In this document: piece after piece, positions 48,201-61,500 of the stretch
How positions within the stretch are numbered: position 1 is the first letter of the stretch
Layout: each line of letters opens with the position of its first letter
Source: a virus
Taxonomy: Duplodnaviria > Caudoviricetes
IMG/VR virus record: IMGVR_UViG_3300028888_000057
Length of the DNA stretch: 64,000 nucleotides
Reading direction: 5' to 3' (one strand)
Notes under the pieces: model-generated
The model's database searches: none
The model's input: only the letters and a program-made list of their open reading frames with translations
What the model was told of the DNA's origin: nothing
Translations under genes and position numbers: made by a program

Positions 48201-48301
48201 GCCCGTCCGCTTGTATCGGAAAGATTATCGTATAAATTACAAACAATATTACCGCTGTAATCGCAGACATCCAGCCGTAGATTCCGTATGTTGGCGTTCA
48301 A
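42272..48301 (-). CDS. Tail-associated protein (Tal / tail spike, 2009 aa)
   Basis: N-terminal prophage-tail-type fold (ELSFTIP, ILEGTGW, TKLYAYG); beta-rich C-half; follows Dit. Confidence 0.85.
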   Translation of the reverse strand: MNANIRNLRLDVCDYSGNIVCNLYDNLSDTSGRATDVFVTSERNGWKELSFTIPSKVYTDERMEDNYRIKYLIADYRIRLMDDYETDWYLISEPKITHNKKSKNVSVVANHISMLLKQKKMDLEFSDEEGNNVGTARQLLETILEGTGWTCGNVAQFMERDQPNVEKVRSLVASAKTGAFKMIASMCELFDAKPIYHGNEMTVDVLPMNPFSEELNDDGTPTEVVNNNIPVLELHYDRNAHNIQRTLNTENICTKLYAYGSYGDREGLCSLQRCEHKEYTMIISGNGEYYFSDGTATYYFYATNARGGDTVVWSMLDATSMSYVWNNREEKAYHVYKKPKYENRTSLTPSVSNIRNYFSFITDFGYYNSVGLLSDDLLQKIAIYQRTAPALLASAEEIYEQVIETQNELSVIAEHNTGFLKLNVIRYEEDGNYLKLILDSSQPVLYRSDYDEPRRRLFTWYVAEELKENGDPVSGVGSVVYAINPSVTPARWRKGYVKKVNDNTEDYIYSAKENDDPNSLVVWLNTNEVNVSNFPIDRTHFYLYCTNSISGKLGVKESEAEALTRTLQQTTKQVTEIHPTYFGWDSDPLPDYRLVQNSYGWFYRSFRDETTLGNLYFCYGLAGDTIWRRVYVSETPPTVVAGEYYFNPRTKLLYHGETQNGILQWVEIGDSGIQIPSHNKYYAPDAEAQRLTNNFSKVVFYCLKRDMLYKGLYDRYEYTTYGDLIPGNYAFEDEYGFIWTFTTDQVVTTGKKIILDTASNNVFQGEINDNIVKAEIKTFDTIDYPLVNELSNVTFNQGAIDRTTHVEYNTEDYVRSNNITLNYSTRYDYHLPSGSYIIFYDSNRRYLDSFGLENTGYFTTSERVRYVRFVCPSIPMSDHYVRVHDYLNRLFISRKQYQILGKVKEETLSLKGNRIGINELIPNLVTLSDQLYLERLPAYNVVTQQITDQNNQLATDLGDLYREGWWQKDSYVEGDEDKLYADAKENLDIISRPEPNYTFTFLDLYGSEQGLTADDRSIADWPDINMSYAAHLIDPDINVDEWAFIDKIEKCYDKPWETKVSIDTNLSLLNQHSFTDVISHIADVAQQTKANQSVYKRACNISGSGKMATDKLEGAIKANVTLLQGGASNWYTDPKGNIVMESADGNSAMMLTGAGYMISNTKDKWGEWEWRSTMTGDGMTADAIYTGLLSGVLIEAGSITTDKINASVGQELEIGSNKALELYATIDGFRPSGSLHTTDALIDIRAGYMNKQGQTIPASISVLSGGEINLKAGSNDNPGGKMNIESNGELNVKGGTVNLESGGSMAIKSGSTLSIQANSEFLVDSPNFSITKDQQGNYAVSITGTVNADAGNIAGFTLGKATSEGVTRHYMHAGEDNSLDSTSNGVYIGTDGINIGGGAFKFSADGTKSHLTIAASDIVLGQGITLGSELTTAKSTISGAALTIDAITGTIGVLAANNITINSGSSVSVLTNGTVSIGSLASPFTIGSSGRKSFIYNNMPTLDSTNLNGIYLGTDGISLGGGNFIVTNGGVLTAQSGTIGGWEIEPAGIHKGDFWLNRIANNVVVDNTIVVQGGKYNPFSGEYPFQVTSGGAMIASNCKVAGDLVAKSLTLQNNAVDVNGTSQLFYFHADFNQFKLEYTTYTSEMRSKTQLLQDNGHLSLEAITEEKSGGKKTVAGIDVNTAGQVILSSTDFDSLGGSNSGITLTPNKITVSSGTLEINCENMTLNGVPFSGGTANLYGQLVEAKDKAVEESIKTVGDTLKGYSTIEQRDAAISAYVTDLQDTSGVYLTPTGIKISGGKTLTLESGGTINISSGNFKVDEAGNLWCKSLKVFNENGTESTIDLSSSTTQYPLWKLYYHTIKKVNGNVITLSNGTTINFKTAASFDLSGQWSNGEYIVDMIDRATSTTVKSNRSGKMTRDKTDADIKSDLEASSHKSYISILDSDGGTLIYILADASDACANSYLEGYYAGGGGSSSEYESAGLRYWGFQVNGEWHSYGSNAMELWKVVS

Positions 48302-48316
48302 TTTTCATCACATCCT

Positions 48317-49441
48317 TTACGCATATGTTGGTTTATAATTGAATGAAAGTGTATCTAAATATAATTCTGTAACAGGAGATATCGTAATCTCGTTCAAGTC
48401 ACAGATCATAGTGGATTCGTTTTGATCTCCGAGCGGTTCTTCTTCGCTGACGCGAAGTGTTAATATATTATCCTCAGTTTGATTCAATATTTTGTGCCAA
48501 TGAGAATTAATGAAAATATATCTGCCTACAACATCTTGTTCAAGATTGTTGAAAAGCGTTACTGTGTTGGTTCCTGAAACAGACACAAAAAGCCCTCTGA
48601 TTACGGGATTTGTCGGCTCAATTTCGATGAAACCTCCCGAATGATATAAAAAGCTTATCTCTGAACTGACGTTATTTCTGAGGACAGTTTTGCCGCTGAT
48701 TCCGTCGATATACAGTTCTTTGCTTCTGTCTGTCGTTGCTGATCTTGTCATACCAACAATACGGCATTCCTGTTTGGTTGTGTTGTTGGTGATGATAATT
48801 CCATCGCCAGCATTGCCAGCCAAAGTTAATCCAACAGCCGCACGTTCAGTTCCTGGATTAGCAAGATAGATTGTTTTTGTGTTCGGGGCTGTTAATTGAA
48901 TGTCACCGAAAGTCATCTGAGGAACCATTTCGCTTCGGATGAATAAACCTGTGTTTTGAATAACTTTGTCATGATATTTGTCGATTGGTAATGAGTAGAA
49001 TAAATGTTCGTTAGTAAAAGGTGCATTGACATTAATACCTCTCGCAAATGGATAGCCTGCCTTCATAGTGATTGTGATGAGCCCATTGCGATAATTCGTC
49101 ATGTCGCGATCATTCACTTCGGTAACTGTTACATAGTACGCATACCAAGGCATTCTTTTAAACACTAACTGACCTGACTTTCCAACCCTGAAAAGCTGAA
49201 ACACTTTACTCATCAATCCACGATCAATATCTTTTTCTTCGTAGAAGCATCTGAGTACAAATTCTTTGGGTTGTTTATAAGCGCCATAGTAATAACCACC
49301 ATTATGGCCATCCATTGTTTCTTCGTGAACAATTGTCTTAGCAGGACGATATACGTATGTGTTCTCTTTGTCTGGTGCGTATTCCAGATTGAAGTCCGCA
49401 ATATCGTATCCGCAAAAAGTAAAACCACCTCTCATGCACAT
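48317..49441 (-). CDS. Distal tail protein (Dit)
   Basis: GFTFCG..., GQLVF..PWYAY, YPFA; lies between tape measure and Tal. Confidence 0.8.
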   Translation of the reverse strand: MCMRGGFTFCGYDIADFNLEYAPDKENTYVYRPAKTIVHEETMDGHNGGYYYGAYKQPKEFVLRCFYEEKDIDRGLMSKVFQLFRVGKSGQLVFKRMPWYAYYVTVTEVNDRDMTNYRNGLITITMKAGYPFARGINVNAPFTNEHLFYSLPIDKYHDKVIQNTGLFIRSEMVPQMTFGDIQLTAPNTKTIYLANPGTERAAVGLTLAGNAGDGIIITNNTTKQECRIVGMTRSATTDRSKELYIDGISGKTVLRNNVSSEISFLYHSGGFIEIEPTNPVIRGLFVSVSGTNTVTLFNNLEQDVVGRYIFINSHWHKILNQTEDNILTLRVSEEEPLGDQNESTMICDLNEITISPVTELYLDTLSFNYKPTYA

Positions 49442-49558
49442 TCACCACCTTTCTATGTTGTCGTCTCTCCCCTTTACGTGCATTTTCGAAAGGTTCGATT
49501 TTGAACGTTTTTAAACGAAATGATAGTATTTTGAAAGTCTCAGATTAAATAGGGTAGG

Positions 49559-49584
49559 GGAGCGGGACGGTAAAGTCCCGCTCC
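49559..49584 (-). terminator. Hairpin after tape-measure gene
   Basis: GGAGCGGGAC...GTCCCGCTCC; weak U tract. Confidence 0.5.
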
Positions 49585-49587
49585 GCC

Positions 49588-52500
49588 TTAAAATGTATAA
49601 CTCGCAAGATTTAATCCTTCTTTACGAAGCTGTTTCGTAAACTCTTGACCAACTCTTCTTGCGACATCTTCGAAATCAGCATCATCCTTCATCTCTGCTC
49701 CGTTAATCGTAATGTTGATATCTCCGATGGTTTGATTGCTTGTGTTTATCTTATCAAGATTTGGAACTCTAAACGGTTCGATATTGACGTAGTTTAAAGC
49801 ATCAGTAAGAGCTTTAATGTTGGCGGTGTCATAAGCACTAAGGAATGCTTCGGGTTTGGACATGGATCCATCAACCCATGCAAGTCCTGTATAATCAACT
49901 AAGCCACCTTCTGCATTTGGGCCTGTAATATGTTTATTTGTTAGAAGCTTTTCTTGATTTTGTTTATTGGCTTCAGCTGCTTTTGCGCCGAGATCTGATA
50001 TGCCCTCAAAGAAGCTACCTAAAACATTTCCAACAGCATTGCTTAAATCATTAAAAGGTTTAGAAATATCGATATTTAAAGGCGGTACTCCAGTTGCAAC
50101 ATTTGATCCACCGACACCCGCAGATGTAGAAGTATGAGTTGTTGCGCTATATGATGATCCATACTCTTTTTCAACAATCTTTTGTGCTTCCGTTTTTGAC
50201 GACGCTTGAACGGAATAACTTGTCTTAAACCCGTTTTTATCATAAACATCATATGTAGATTTGCTAGCTTGTTGTTTCTGTTGCGTTCCCGTATTGGCAG
50301 ATGGAGCAGGTTGTTCAGGCGCTACTGGTCCTTCGCTCTTCGGAACAACGTCTCCGGTTCCGGCGTAATCGCTTGGATTTGTAGGAGCAGGAGTTGGTTC
50401 AGTTGTAGGTTGATCAGGCTGAGTATCGTCAGGTTTGGTATCCTCTTCTTCACCTTTTTCTTTGCCATCGTTTTTATGATCATCGAATGAAGTGAAGCTT
50501 GGATTGTAGCCGCTGCCGTTGTTGTACCAAGAAAAATCAGGATCCCAACCTAAAGCTTCAAGAATTGCTTCTTCTGAATTTTGAGGAGTAAAGTCTTCGT
50601 GAATATCTGGTGTATAATTAATTGCCTGAAGCGCAACACTAACAGCGCTGGCAGCATTAGTCCAGCCATCTTGCCATTGACTTGCCAGCTGAAGTTGTCC
50701 AGTAACACTGGCATTCGCATAATCCAAACTATTCTCATACATGAATTTCATAAAGCTGTCTTGACTTGAAAGTATCTCATTAATCTCATCCCAATAAGTC
50801 TCGACAATACCCTTCATTGCCATCCATGTTTCTTTCCAGCCTTCTTCAAGCTGTTTCTTTCTTTCATCAAGGCTGTTCTGATAATCAATATCATTCTGCT
50901 GCAACCATAAAACGATATCGGAATAACTTCTGCTTAATACTTCTTTGACTTCGGCTGCAAAATTGTTAGCATCAAGAAGCATTTCCTGCAGATTCTCTCC
51001 GTGAATCTGGACGTATTCGTTGATGGCATTAATTTCATCTTCGATACGTTCAGTTGCAGCTTCTGCTTGCTGGCTTGCTTCGTCCCATCTGATATCCTGC
51101 CTCAGTTCATCGATCTTACGGGTAAGCTCTTTAGATTCCTTGCTTCTTGTTGGATCAGCAGAAATAAGAGCTAATTGCCGCTGATAATCATTAAGCTCGC
51201 TGTATTTATTTTCCGCATTCATCATCTGCCTGCGGTAATTCAGCCGCTCATTAATCAGTTGCTTTTCTTTTTCAAGAGCGTCTTTCTTTCGATCAAGCGT
51301 TTCTTTTTCCAGATCCCATTCGTCTTGATATCTGCGTTTGATAACATTGAGGATAATATTCTGCATTTCGACTGTGTTATTTAACATGTCTCTTTGCTTT
51401 TTCTTATTATCTTCAATGACCTTTAAAACCATCTGTTCAAGTTCAAGACGAGTTTTACGAATTGCTTGCTCGTTCTGTCGCAGAAGCTTGTTATTCTTTT
51501 CAATCGCATTATTGTTCTGTAAAAGAGCTTCTTCCTTCTTCTTGATTGCATCTGATAATCTATAGTAATCTTTTTCACTCAGGTTGATGTTTTCAAGCTC
51601 TTCTCTCAAGAGAGTAAGCTCTTCTTCCATAGCTGTAGTATTCTCTTTGCGATAATCAATCTCTTTCTGCAGCATGATGCCATAGTTGGTAAGCTCGCCG
51701 TTAGTTTGATACCTAGTCTGCTCATACTGCATAAGCGTAATGTTATGAGTACGATTACCTTCGTGACGATTAATTTCGTCAAGCAATCTGTCAACTTTAA
51801 TTCCTTCGAGTTCTCTGTCGAAGTTTTCAAGCTCGACTCTCGCAGAAGAAATAGACTCTTCAAGAGACAATACTTTCTGACGCAGATTATCCCATGCGCC
51901 AGAGCCATAAGGCACTGATCCCATTTCAGCTTTCAGTTGTGCTGCTTGTGCCGTCATATCTGCAACAGAAGAAGTTAACTCTTCACGACGCTTTTCGGCC
52001 ATGACAAAGTATGCATCCCAGTTGCCTTGATTCTGATAAATCTGTCCTTGATCTTTAATCAGCTTTTGAATATGACTGCTTAAATCGTTAATTCTATCAA
52101 TGCCTTCAAGGATTTCATCAACGCGATCTTCCATGATATCCATTTCAGCATTGGCGATATTAGCTTCAAGCTCAGTAATCTTGCCTTCAATTTCTTGAAC
52201 CAACTGAAGTTGTTTATAATACTCTTCAGTTTCTTTTACCATAGCTTTAAGCTTTTGAACTTCGATCGCTAACAGGCTTTTCTGAACGGTAATCATTTTA
52301 CGCCAATTTGCGATCTGTCTTTGCATCATATCCCGATACGCACCGTGATTACCAGCCCGCTTATACGCGTTGGCCATAAGCGCGTAACCGTTGTTCTGAT
52401 GCTCCTCGGTCATCGTCTGACGCTGTAAGCTCTCTCTTGTATCATTCTGTTCTTTCTCAAGCTTATCTTTTCTGGCCTTATCTCTTTGAGTGAGCATGTT

Positions 52501-55500
52501 ATCGTTCTGTTCAAGAAGTGAGTTAATCTCTTGAGTAGTATTTAAAGCATTCTGAGTTTGACCTTTGGAATTATAATAATCTCTCAAAGACTCCAACTGA
52601 GTAACATGTTTATTGTTACGTTCTTCAATCTCTTTATAAATATTTTCCTGTTCTTCGAAGAGCTTATTATACGATTCGGTATCTTCATTAAGATCGGCTC
52701 TCTCCATTTGAGAACTGATCATGTTTAATCTGTGAGTATACGGAATCGCTTCATTCTGCTGATACTGTCTTTGAACGTCTAATCTTGTAGCATCTAGCGT
52801 TATTCTATCGTTGACACTCTTGGCAATCTTTTCTGTTAAACTATCTCTTTCTCCAACAAGATCTCTATATCTGTCCGATTCTCCGTTACGCAGATATTCA
52901 TCTTCCATAGCAGAGACGATTTCAGCCCTCCGTCTCCTGTCTTCGGATTCAATATCGTTTATGCCAGTAAGCTGCTTATCAATCTCACCCAGCGCAGCTT
53001 CTGGATCGTTCACATTCATATAGAACGTATAATCGATCTCAGACATAGTTTGCTTATGTTGCAACAGCGTAGAGTTGTACTCATACAGTTGTTTCTGTTG
53101 AGCATCCATCTTGGCATAGAGAGCATCTACGGCTTCAGCTACTCCAGCAAAAGCTTCCTGCGCAGCCCAAAGTGATTCTGTCAATTTGTTCCAGTCATCA
53201 GATCCTTCTTTGGTACTTCTGCGCATGTTCTCAATCTCTTGGATATTCTTTTGATACTGATCTGCTAATCTTTGTTGGACTTGAATTTGCTGATTGACAT
53301 TATCACGATACGCCGCATCATCATTATAACGATCATAATTCTTTTCTTGAATCTCAAGCATCTTTTGATCGTGTTGGATAGCAGATACATCGAACTTTTG
53401 TTTTTCAAGGAGTTTGTCAGCTGCGGACTTGCCGCCGCCGCCTCCACCACCGCCACGACCATGATACTTTCCGTTTGCATTTTTAGAGATTAATGCCTTT
53501 AAGTTGATCTTTTCTTTTCCTTCTTCTTGTACGAAAGTTAAAGAAGCAAGATCTCCAGCATATGCTTCCAGGCGTGCAATTGCTTCTTCAACAGCTGCAC
53601 GAGCAGTATCATCAAGCGCATCTAGATTCAACGTTCCGTCTGGATTAACAGTGATGTTGCTTAAGTCATAATTTAAAGATAAGTCGTCGACCATGCTGTC
53701 CCAGATTGCTTGGAAGTCATCTGTAGCAGCTTCGTTAACAGCGTCTTCAGCGCCATCTAACAACTCAGCCAGTCGATCCTTAGAAAGCTGTTTAATCTCA
53801 TCGGAACTTATTTCCGGGAACAGGCTATCGATAAACCCAAGTGTTTTAGTATCTAATTGTTTACCTGATTTGCCTTGAGCTTTGGATATTGCAGTCATTT
53901 GATCTTGGAAACCTTCAATGTTCTTACGAATCATTTCGGTTCCTTCAGATGCATCTTTGCCGCCCTTCTTTATTTTAGAAAGAGCCGACGCAAGATTTGC
54001 AGAACCTTTACTGAACTGCGTAACATCTTTCAGTTTATCTTCGTTGACCTGCTCGTTGTATTTTCTTAAAGCTTTCTCAGCTGTATTGGCAGAAACACCC
54101 TCAGATTTAAGAATGTTTGCGAGCTCATCAGAATGATCAAGTGAATTAAAAGCATTTATTTCAGCCGCGTACTGCTCTTGATTCTGCATCCAGTCACGAT
54201 AAGTATCAATCATATTCTGACCGGACATGTTACCGCCGAACAGACTGTTCATCGTGGCCCGTTGAGTTTCAGGTGATGCTTTTCTTCCATACAGAGCGTT
54301 ATAATATGCATCATTAATCATATCTTCTGTAATGGCAGAACCTTCTTGTCCGAAGGAGTTTACCATATACAGAAGACCGTTATCTATCGAACCCCAGTCG
54401 ACATTCTTGTTTTGCTGAAGCGCAGAAACACGTTCACTAAAGGACGCTTCTCCACCTTCACCCCACAGCGTATTGTAAACTTCTGACATTGCAGCGCCGC
54501 GTTTACGTGTAGACTCAAGCGAAGAACTCGCAATATCCGATAATGATTTATACGTATTGTCGCTATGAACACCATTTTTTGCTTCGTTGATCGCATTAAG
54601 GAACGGTTCAATAAGCTCACGTAAATCTTCAGGCACTTGATCTAAAGACGAAATGATATCGTCTAAAGACATAGTATCAAAATCAAGAGAAGTTAATAAC
54701 TCTTCAGGAAGAAGTTCGGTTGCAAGTTTCTGATAGAACTCTTTGACTTTATCGTTAATGGCAGTTTGCAGTTCGCCTTCCTGACCGTTCTGAAGCATTT
54801 CATCTACTTGTTCATCAGACAGTCCGAGAAGAGAAGAGATGTATCCACGGTTCTCAGCCGTGTTTCCTCCTTCTAATCCGTATTGTGCTTGTTGCAAAGC
54901 ACGCATCGTATCACTATAACCGCTAATTAAACCTAACTGTTCCGCAAAGGAACCGTTAGTGAAGATATCCCGAGCCGAGACAATCTGCTGGGCGTTTTCG
55001 CGAACATAACGAGATGCGCTCATGTTGAGCTGTTCGGTTAACTGTTGACGGTCAGCTTCACGTTCATTTTGTGAAGCTTCGAGATCGGCAAGTTCTTTCG
55101 CTCTTCGCATTTCAGCAGAACCGTATACGGCAGTTCCACCAGCAGATACAGCTTCTCTGTTTCGTTCAACCATCCGTCTGAATTCAGTACCGTAAGTACT
55201 CATTGACTGAGCGGCCGTATCATACAGGTTCTTATCTTCAAACTGATCTCTGCTAAAACCATTCAAGATTCTGCGTTGAGCTTGTGCTATATCAGTCTGT
55301 GAATAATGCTGTTGAGCATTTAAGAACGGATTTACCTGATCGATATTTGCACCTTTTCCGGTATACGTATATTTTCCTTGCGTCATATCCCAGAAAAGCT
55401 GCGTCATCTTATCGTTAATCTTTCCGCTGCTTTGACCGACAACATCACCGTTTGAGAGAACATTGAATCCATATCGATCCATGAACTTAACGGCGTCTTC

Positions 55501-58500
55501 GTAAGAATAAAGCGCATCGGTTATTTCGTATCCATTTTGCTTAGCCCAATCAGCAGCCAGTTCAACTTGTCCTAATCTTGCAAGTTCGTTTAACGTCCCA
55601 GCAAAAGCTTCTCTATCATTCTCAGCCATTAATTCCGCACGTCGTAATGATCCAGCTCTATCTTTTTGAATTTCGATATCGCTAATACCATATGCACGCA
55701 TAGCAGCATTTTGCTCTTCGTACGTTCCGTTTTCAAGCATGAGAGCCCGTTGCTGATTTTCGTGCATCTCAGATCCGAACTGTAGCTGAGTCTTGATACT
55801 TACATTTCCGTTTTTCTGTAAATCTTCAAGAAGTTGAGTAGTGCCTTGAACAACTTTTCCGGCTTCTTCAAGCTCTGAAATACCAGAAATATTAAGCTTA
55901 ATCTGAATATTGCGATCAAGATTTATACCTTCTTGTTCTTCGGCCCGTTGTTCAGGTTTCATTTGCAGAAGACTAATAATTTCTGGATATTTACTTTGAA
56001 TAGCTGACCATTCGTCAGTAGTCCAGCCTTCTTCGGTCATTACTGTTTGTGCTTCGGCCAAAGATTGGAAGTTTCTACCATAAAGATTACGAGCTAGATC
56101 GGTAGCTTCTTTATTTGTTATTGTACGGCCAGTGCCGACTTTAATTCCTTTTTCGGCTAATGTTCGTGCAACATAATCTTGCAAATCGGCATCTGTTGAA
56201 AGCGTTCTATTTCGTGCAGCTTCAACAATTCTTTGTGTTTCCTGTTCTCCGAAGAAATTTTGAAACACTTTAAAAAGCTCGGAATAGTTGCCGTTTTCTT
56301 TAGTAAAATCTTCAACAAAATTTGGATTGCCTTGAAGAGCATTAAACATCAACGAAGAGATTGCCTTAGAAGTGTCTTCTCCGTTTAACATTGCAGCTGC
56401 AATACTTTGATAATCGCTCCACCTCACACCACTACGAATCTGACGATGCGAAGCTTGCTCCAACTCGTACAATAAAGGATTGTCTCTCTGAACGTTGCTT
56501 AGTTCCGCGCCTTCAGCAAGAAGATCGTAAATATCGAATAAAGATTGCTCGGTATTTGCTTCTAATACTCTATTTAAATATCTGTTTCTAGCTTCTGTTT
56601 TGGCTAATGCTGGCTGCCGTTCTTGTGTTACAGTTTGAGTTGATTTCTGTGCTGTTGAAGGATAAACAGGAGTTCCATTATTTTTTATTTTCGTTAATGC
56701 AATATTATTATCTCTCGCATATTTTTCTGCGTCTTCTTGATTCCAGAATGTTTGATTGACTCCTTGTATTGTATAAGGAGCATCTGTCTCAGAATAAGAT
56801 TTAATTTCATTTGCTGCATTAGATAAATTATCGTAATCGAATGTTTGAGCAAACCAATTTGAAAGAGCGTATTCGTTAAATTCTCCTTCGTCATTAAGCC
56901 AACTGTAACTTTGACCATTTCTTGTGTATTCGCGTTTAAAGTTTCCATTTTCATCATAAAGTTGACTCGTCAGCAAGGTTCGAAGACCAGACTCAATAAC
57001 TTCAACGGAAGTGTTACCTAAAGAAGCAACCTGTTCTAATGTGCCACTTGTTTTATAACTGTTAATCGCATCATCAATAACTTGTTGGATATTCTGCTTC
57101 CTTTGCTCTTGATTTCTTGCTTCCGTAAAATTACCAGAGAAAAATTGATCCAGAACGTATTCATAAGCGTTCGATATTCTATCAAGTACACCTTCGTTTT
57201 CTAAATCCAACGACTGCGTTCCGTCGAGCCACTGCAATATATCTTCATATCTAGAATCGCTTAAGAATGTTTTTAAACTGTTGCGATATTTTCCTTGGTC
57301 ACTTGACCACAATCGTTTGAAAACATTGGCGCGTCTTTTTCGAGCAAGATTTTCATCCTCACCCTCTACTAATCCTAACCAGCCACCATCTCTAAAGTTT
57401 ATAGACATGGCCTGTTCTTTTGTCAGGTCATCACTAAAATTAACACCTTGCCCACGAATAAATTGTTCATTACTTAACGCGCGCTTAAGGCCGATTTCAA
57501 ATTCACTTGCTCGGCTTTCTGTAATATTTTCACCTTCGAGAGTTCTGTAATTCTCAGGAAGATAATCTCTTACATATTGATTTGCATTATCAACATTTTC
57601 TTTATCTGCATCTTTTTTAAACTTTTGAGCAGTATCTTCTGCTGATTTAACGGCTTCTTCCCAACCAGAAAGTTTTTCAATAGCACTCTGCACTGAATCA
57701 GAAACATTAGGAAATACTTTTGCCAAATCTAATAAAGCAGCCCGGAGATTATTTCCCGCCGTAGCTTTCGCAGCTGCATCAGTTTTTTCATTAAGCGAAT
57801 CGTATACTTTTCCTAATTTCTTAACTTCATCAATTGCATCCTGCTGGGTTTTTACATCGTTATCATTATAAGACTTTGTTGTCCCTAATGTTTCAAGAGC
57901 TTTCGCGTTCTTCTTTTCAAATTTTTCGCGTTCTGTTTCTGTTGATCCGAGTCCGGCAAGTAAATTTGTTCCGTATGAAGCAACCGCAAATCCACCAAGT
58001 GCGGCTAATATCGTAGCTATTCCAGCCAATGGTCCAAGTTTAACAGAGTTCAACGCAACTGCAATCGCTGCAATACCAGCTGCAATACCACCTAAGATAG
58101 GAGCAGCATTTGATCCATTTGCTATATTTTGCAAGAACCCTGACAACAAATCGAGAACATTTGTAATGTCTCCTCCGTTAACAAAGCTCTCTACGACAGC
58201 GTCCCAAGAACTTCTAACGGTATCCATCGATGCCGCAAGGCTCTGCATGGCAATCTCATACTTACTTTGAGTTACGCCTTCAGATCCTTCTGCCAGCCCC
58301 AAGTACTTCTCCAATGTAGCACCGTTATCTTCAGACATACCTTCCATCAATGTAGAGAAGATGTTTGTCTGACGAGTACCAGCCATTGCGTTGGTAACAA
58401 TGGACTTCTGAGCGTCGCTTAAGTTCTTCCAGACTTTGGACAAGTCTAACATTACATCGTAAGCAGATCTCATCTGTCCGACTGTTTTGTTATCCCAGAG

Positions 58501-61500
58501 ATCAACACCTACAGCAGCAAGTGCAGCTTCAGCGTCGGAAGCAGTCGTCTTCTCACCGTTTTGATCGGCTGTGTAGCCTGTAAGGCTCAGCCTTCTCATG
58601 CGGGAGAACACTGTCTGTAAGGCTGTACCGACCTGGGTACCGCTTAACTGTGTATCGGAAGTACCGATAGTAAGTAAGGCTGTTAACTCTTCGTAGGATA
58701 CGCCTGCAACTTTGGCAGAAGCAGCAGCTTTCTGCATACCTTTACCAATCTCAGCCGCAGTTGTAGCAGCAGAGTCACCTAACGCTACCAGCGCGTCCAT
58801 CGCTGCTTCGGCAGAAGGAACTAAGTCATTCTGTAATGCAGTAGTGATAATCTTGGTAGCTTCAGCAACATTAAGCTTAGTGACGGTAGCAAACTTGATA
58901 ATAGATTCTGTACGGTCAGCTACTTCTGTGTCGGATAAGCCTTGACGATAAAGTGCAGCTTCGGTAGTAGCTACGTTAGAAACAGAGGTTCTGAGACCAA
59001 TAGCACGATTAATCGTTCCGGTACGCACGTCACGCATTTCGCCGTTGGACTTCATGGTGATGGCTTGGATCTCGTTCATGGAAGCGTCAAATTCTTTTAC
59101 AAAGCGCTTTGTTTCTTGAAGAGCTTTTTGGAAGAGTTGACGACCAAGACGTTGGGCAACCATACCGATTGCTTGACCTAATTCTCCGAACACAGCCTGA
59201 GCTGTTTGTCCGCCGCTGGTCAGTTGATCAAGTTGACTCTTTGCTTCTTGAGAAGCTTTATCTAAGTTCTTTAGCTGTTGAGTGGCTTGATCATATCCAA
59301 ACTGCGCAGCATTAATCTTTTCCTGATCTCCAGATTTTTTTGCAATCTCCAGTTGTTTAGTGTAGTAATCCTGATTACGCTGAGCATCTTCTTTTTGACG
59401 ATCGATAGAGTAGACTTGCTCTCTTGCATTCTCTCTGCGTTGTTCAACTCCGTAAAGAGCTTGAGCAATACGGGAGCGGCTGTAACGCATTTGTTGTTGC
59501 CGATTCGCTTGACTGAAAGCACGTTGCATATTATGAACGCGAATATCGCCTTGCATTGCAGAAGACGTCAAAGCATTATCTCTTTGTAGTTGACGTAAAA
59601 TTTGATTATTATCATATTGCTCTGTAATGCGCTGCTCTAAGATTGGATCAGTATTAGCAAGTAATAATGCTTCTTGTTCAGAATACCGTTTCGCTCTACG
59701 AAGCTTTTCTGCTCTAGCGTTTCTTGAAGCTTTAGCTTGAGCCAAACGATATTGTATTTCTTCGTCTCTCGTCATCGAGCGACCTTGCAATTGAGCATCA
59801 AGCTGATATCCTTCTGCGTCAAGTTGAAGATTCCGTTGCTCTCTATTAAAACTTACTTGTTCTCTTGCTCGAGCTTTTATTCGTCTATTGGAATATTCTT
59901 GTTCGAAAGCATTTCGATCAAAATCAGGGTCATTTATGTGTTCTGCTTTATAACGATCTCTCTGTAATTTCATTTGATCATACATTTGATCAAATTCTTC
60001 TTTTGCCGAAAAATCCTCACCACTAAATAATGTATCTAGATTGCGCTTAGAAACACGTGTTTGAGCATTTTTCATCACTTCTCTGAAATATTCATCTTCT
60101 CTATTTCGCTTTGAATATTGATCCCATAAATCCTTATTATCAAGTATTTTATCATATTCGTTCCGAAGAGGATCGTCCAGTCCCAAAACGTCTCTTTGAG
60201 CAGTAATCTGATCTTTTAATTGTTGGACTTTTATATCAGCTCTATCAGTCGAAGATAAGTTGCCGTTTGTTAGTTCCCGTTGATATTTGGCTAACTGATC
60301 AAAACGTTGACGGTTCAATCTTGCTAGCATATCATCAGCTTGAGAATTAATTTTATCAACTTTAGTTTCTTCTTCTTTTGACATAATCGAAGAAGCGTCT
60401 CTTGTATAATCAGGCATTAATCCAGTACGCTGAAATTCTTCATATAAAATCGCGTCTGATTCTTCTTGTGTTAACTTATTTCCAGCTACAGCAACTCTTC
60501 TTTGTTTTCTCCAATTTTCTACAATCTCTTCTGGCGTTTGAGTTATTAATCCTAAGCGTTGTTGAAGATCGCGCTGAACAATTGCTTCTGGCTTATCACT
60601 TTCGAGGAATGAATCAGCTTGCTGTATTCTGTCTTGTCTATCTTTGATTATTTTTGCATAAGCTTCAGCTTCATCTTCTGTAATGTCCGGATTTACTATT
60701 TTTTCACTTGCTTCCTTAATTTCATTTGACCAGTTATCTATCTTTTGCTGAATTTGCTTTCTTTTATCGGCAAATGCCGCTTCAATCATTTCCGCCGGAT
60801 CTTGTATTTCACCGATGAGACTTGACCAGTCTGCATCTTGAGCTTCTTTGTCAGATTTTAAATAACGGTCAAGTGCCGGTTTTATCTCTTCCATTGCCAC
60901 TTCTTCAGCGTCAATCGAATCTAAAAATCTCTTTTTTTGTTCTCTTGCGACTTCAGCAAGTTTAGTATTATCTGAATCAACATTGAATAACTCAGCTTGT
61001 TCTTCAGGCGATAAATATGCATCTGCAAGTTCTTTGTATTCACCAGTTGGACCCATTTTTGTAATATAGCCACGGTAAATACTTTCTCCGCCAACTTCCA
61101 TCTTTTTAATGAAGTCTCGACTGCTTTTAGCAGCCAACAATCTACTAGTAACACCAGACAGTGTTTTCATAGTGTTCGATCTTTGGACTCCATTTAGACT
61201 ATTTGTGATATCTTCTCCCGCTTTATCCCAGTCTGTCACAGCGGCTTCAGAACCCAATTTATCAATTTGAGAAAGCAATCTTAACTTTTGTCTTATATCG
61301 TCTGTTAATTTTTCTCTTACTGGAGAATCAGAATCGTATCCATAAGCAACAGCATTGACTACTTCTTCTGGAAGAACTTCCATAAGTTTATTTCGGTAAT
61401 TTTCGAATCGATTAAACTTTCTTTCCGGTAGATCCATTTCACGGAAAATGCTGCTTCGAATCTGATTCATAGTTTCAAGATCGCTTGGATATCTAGACAA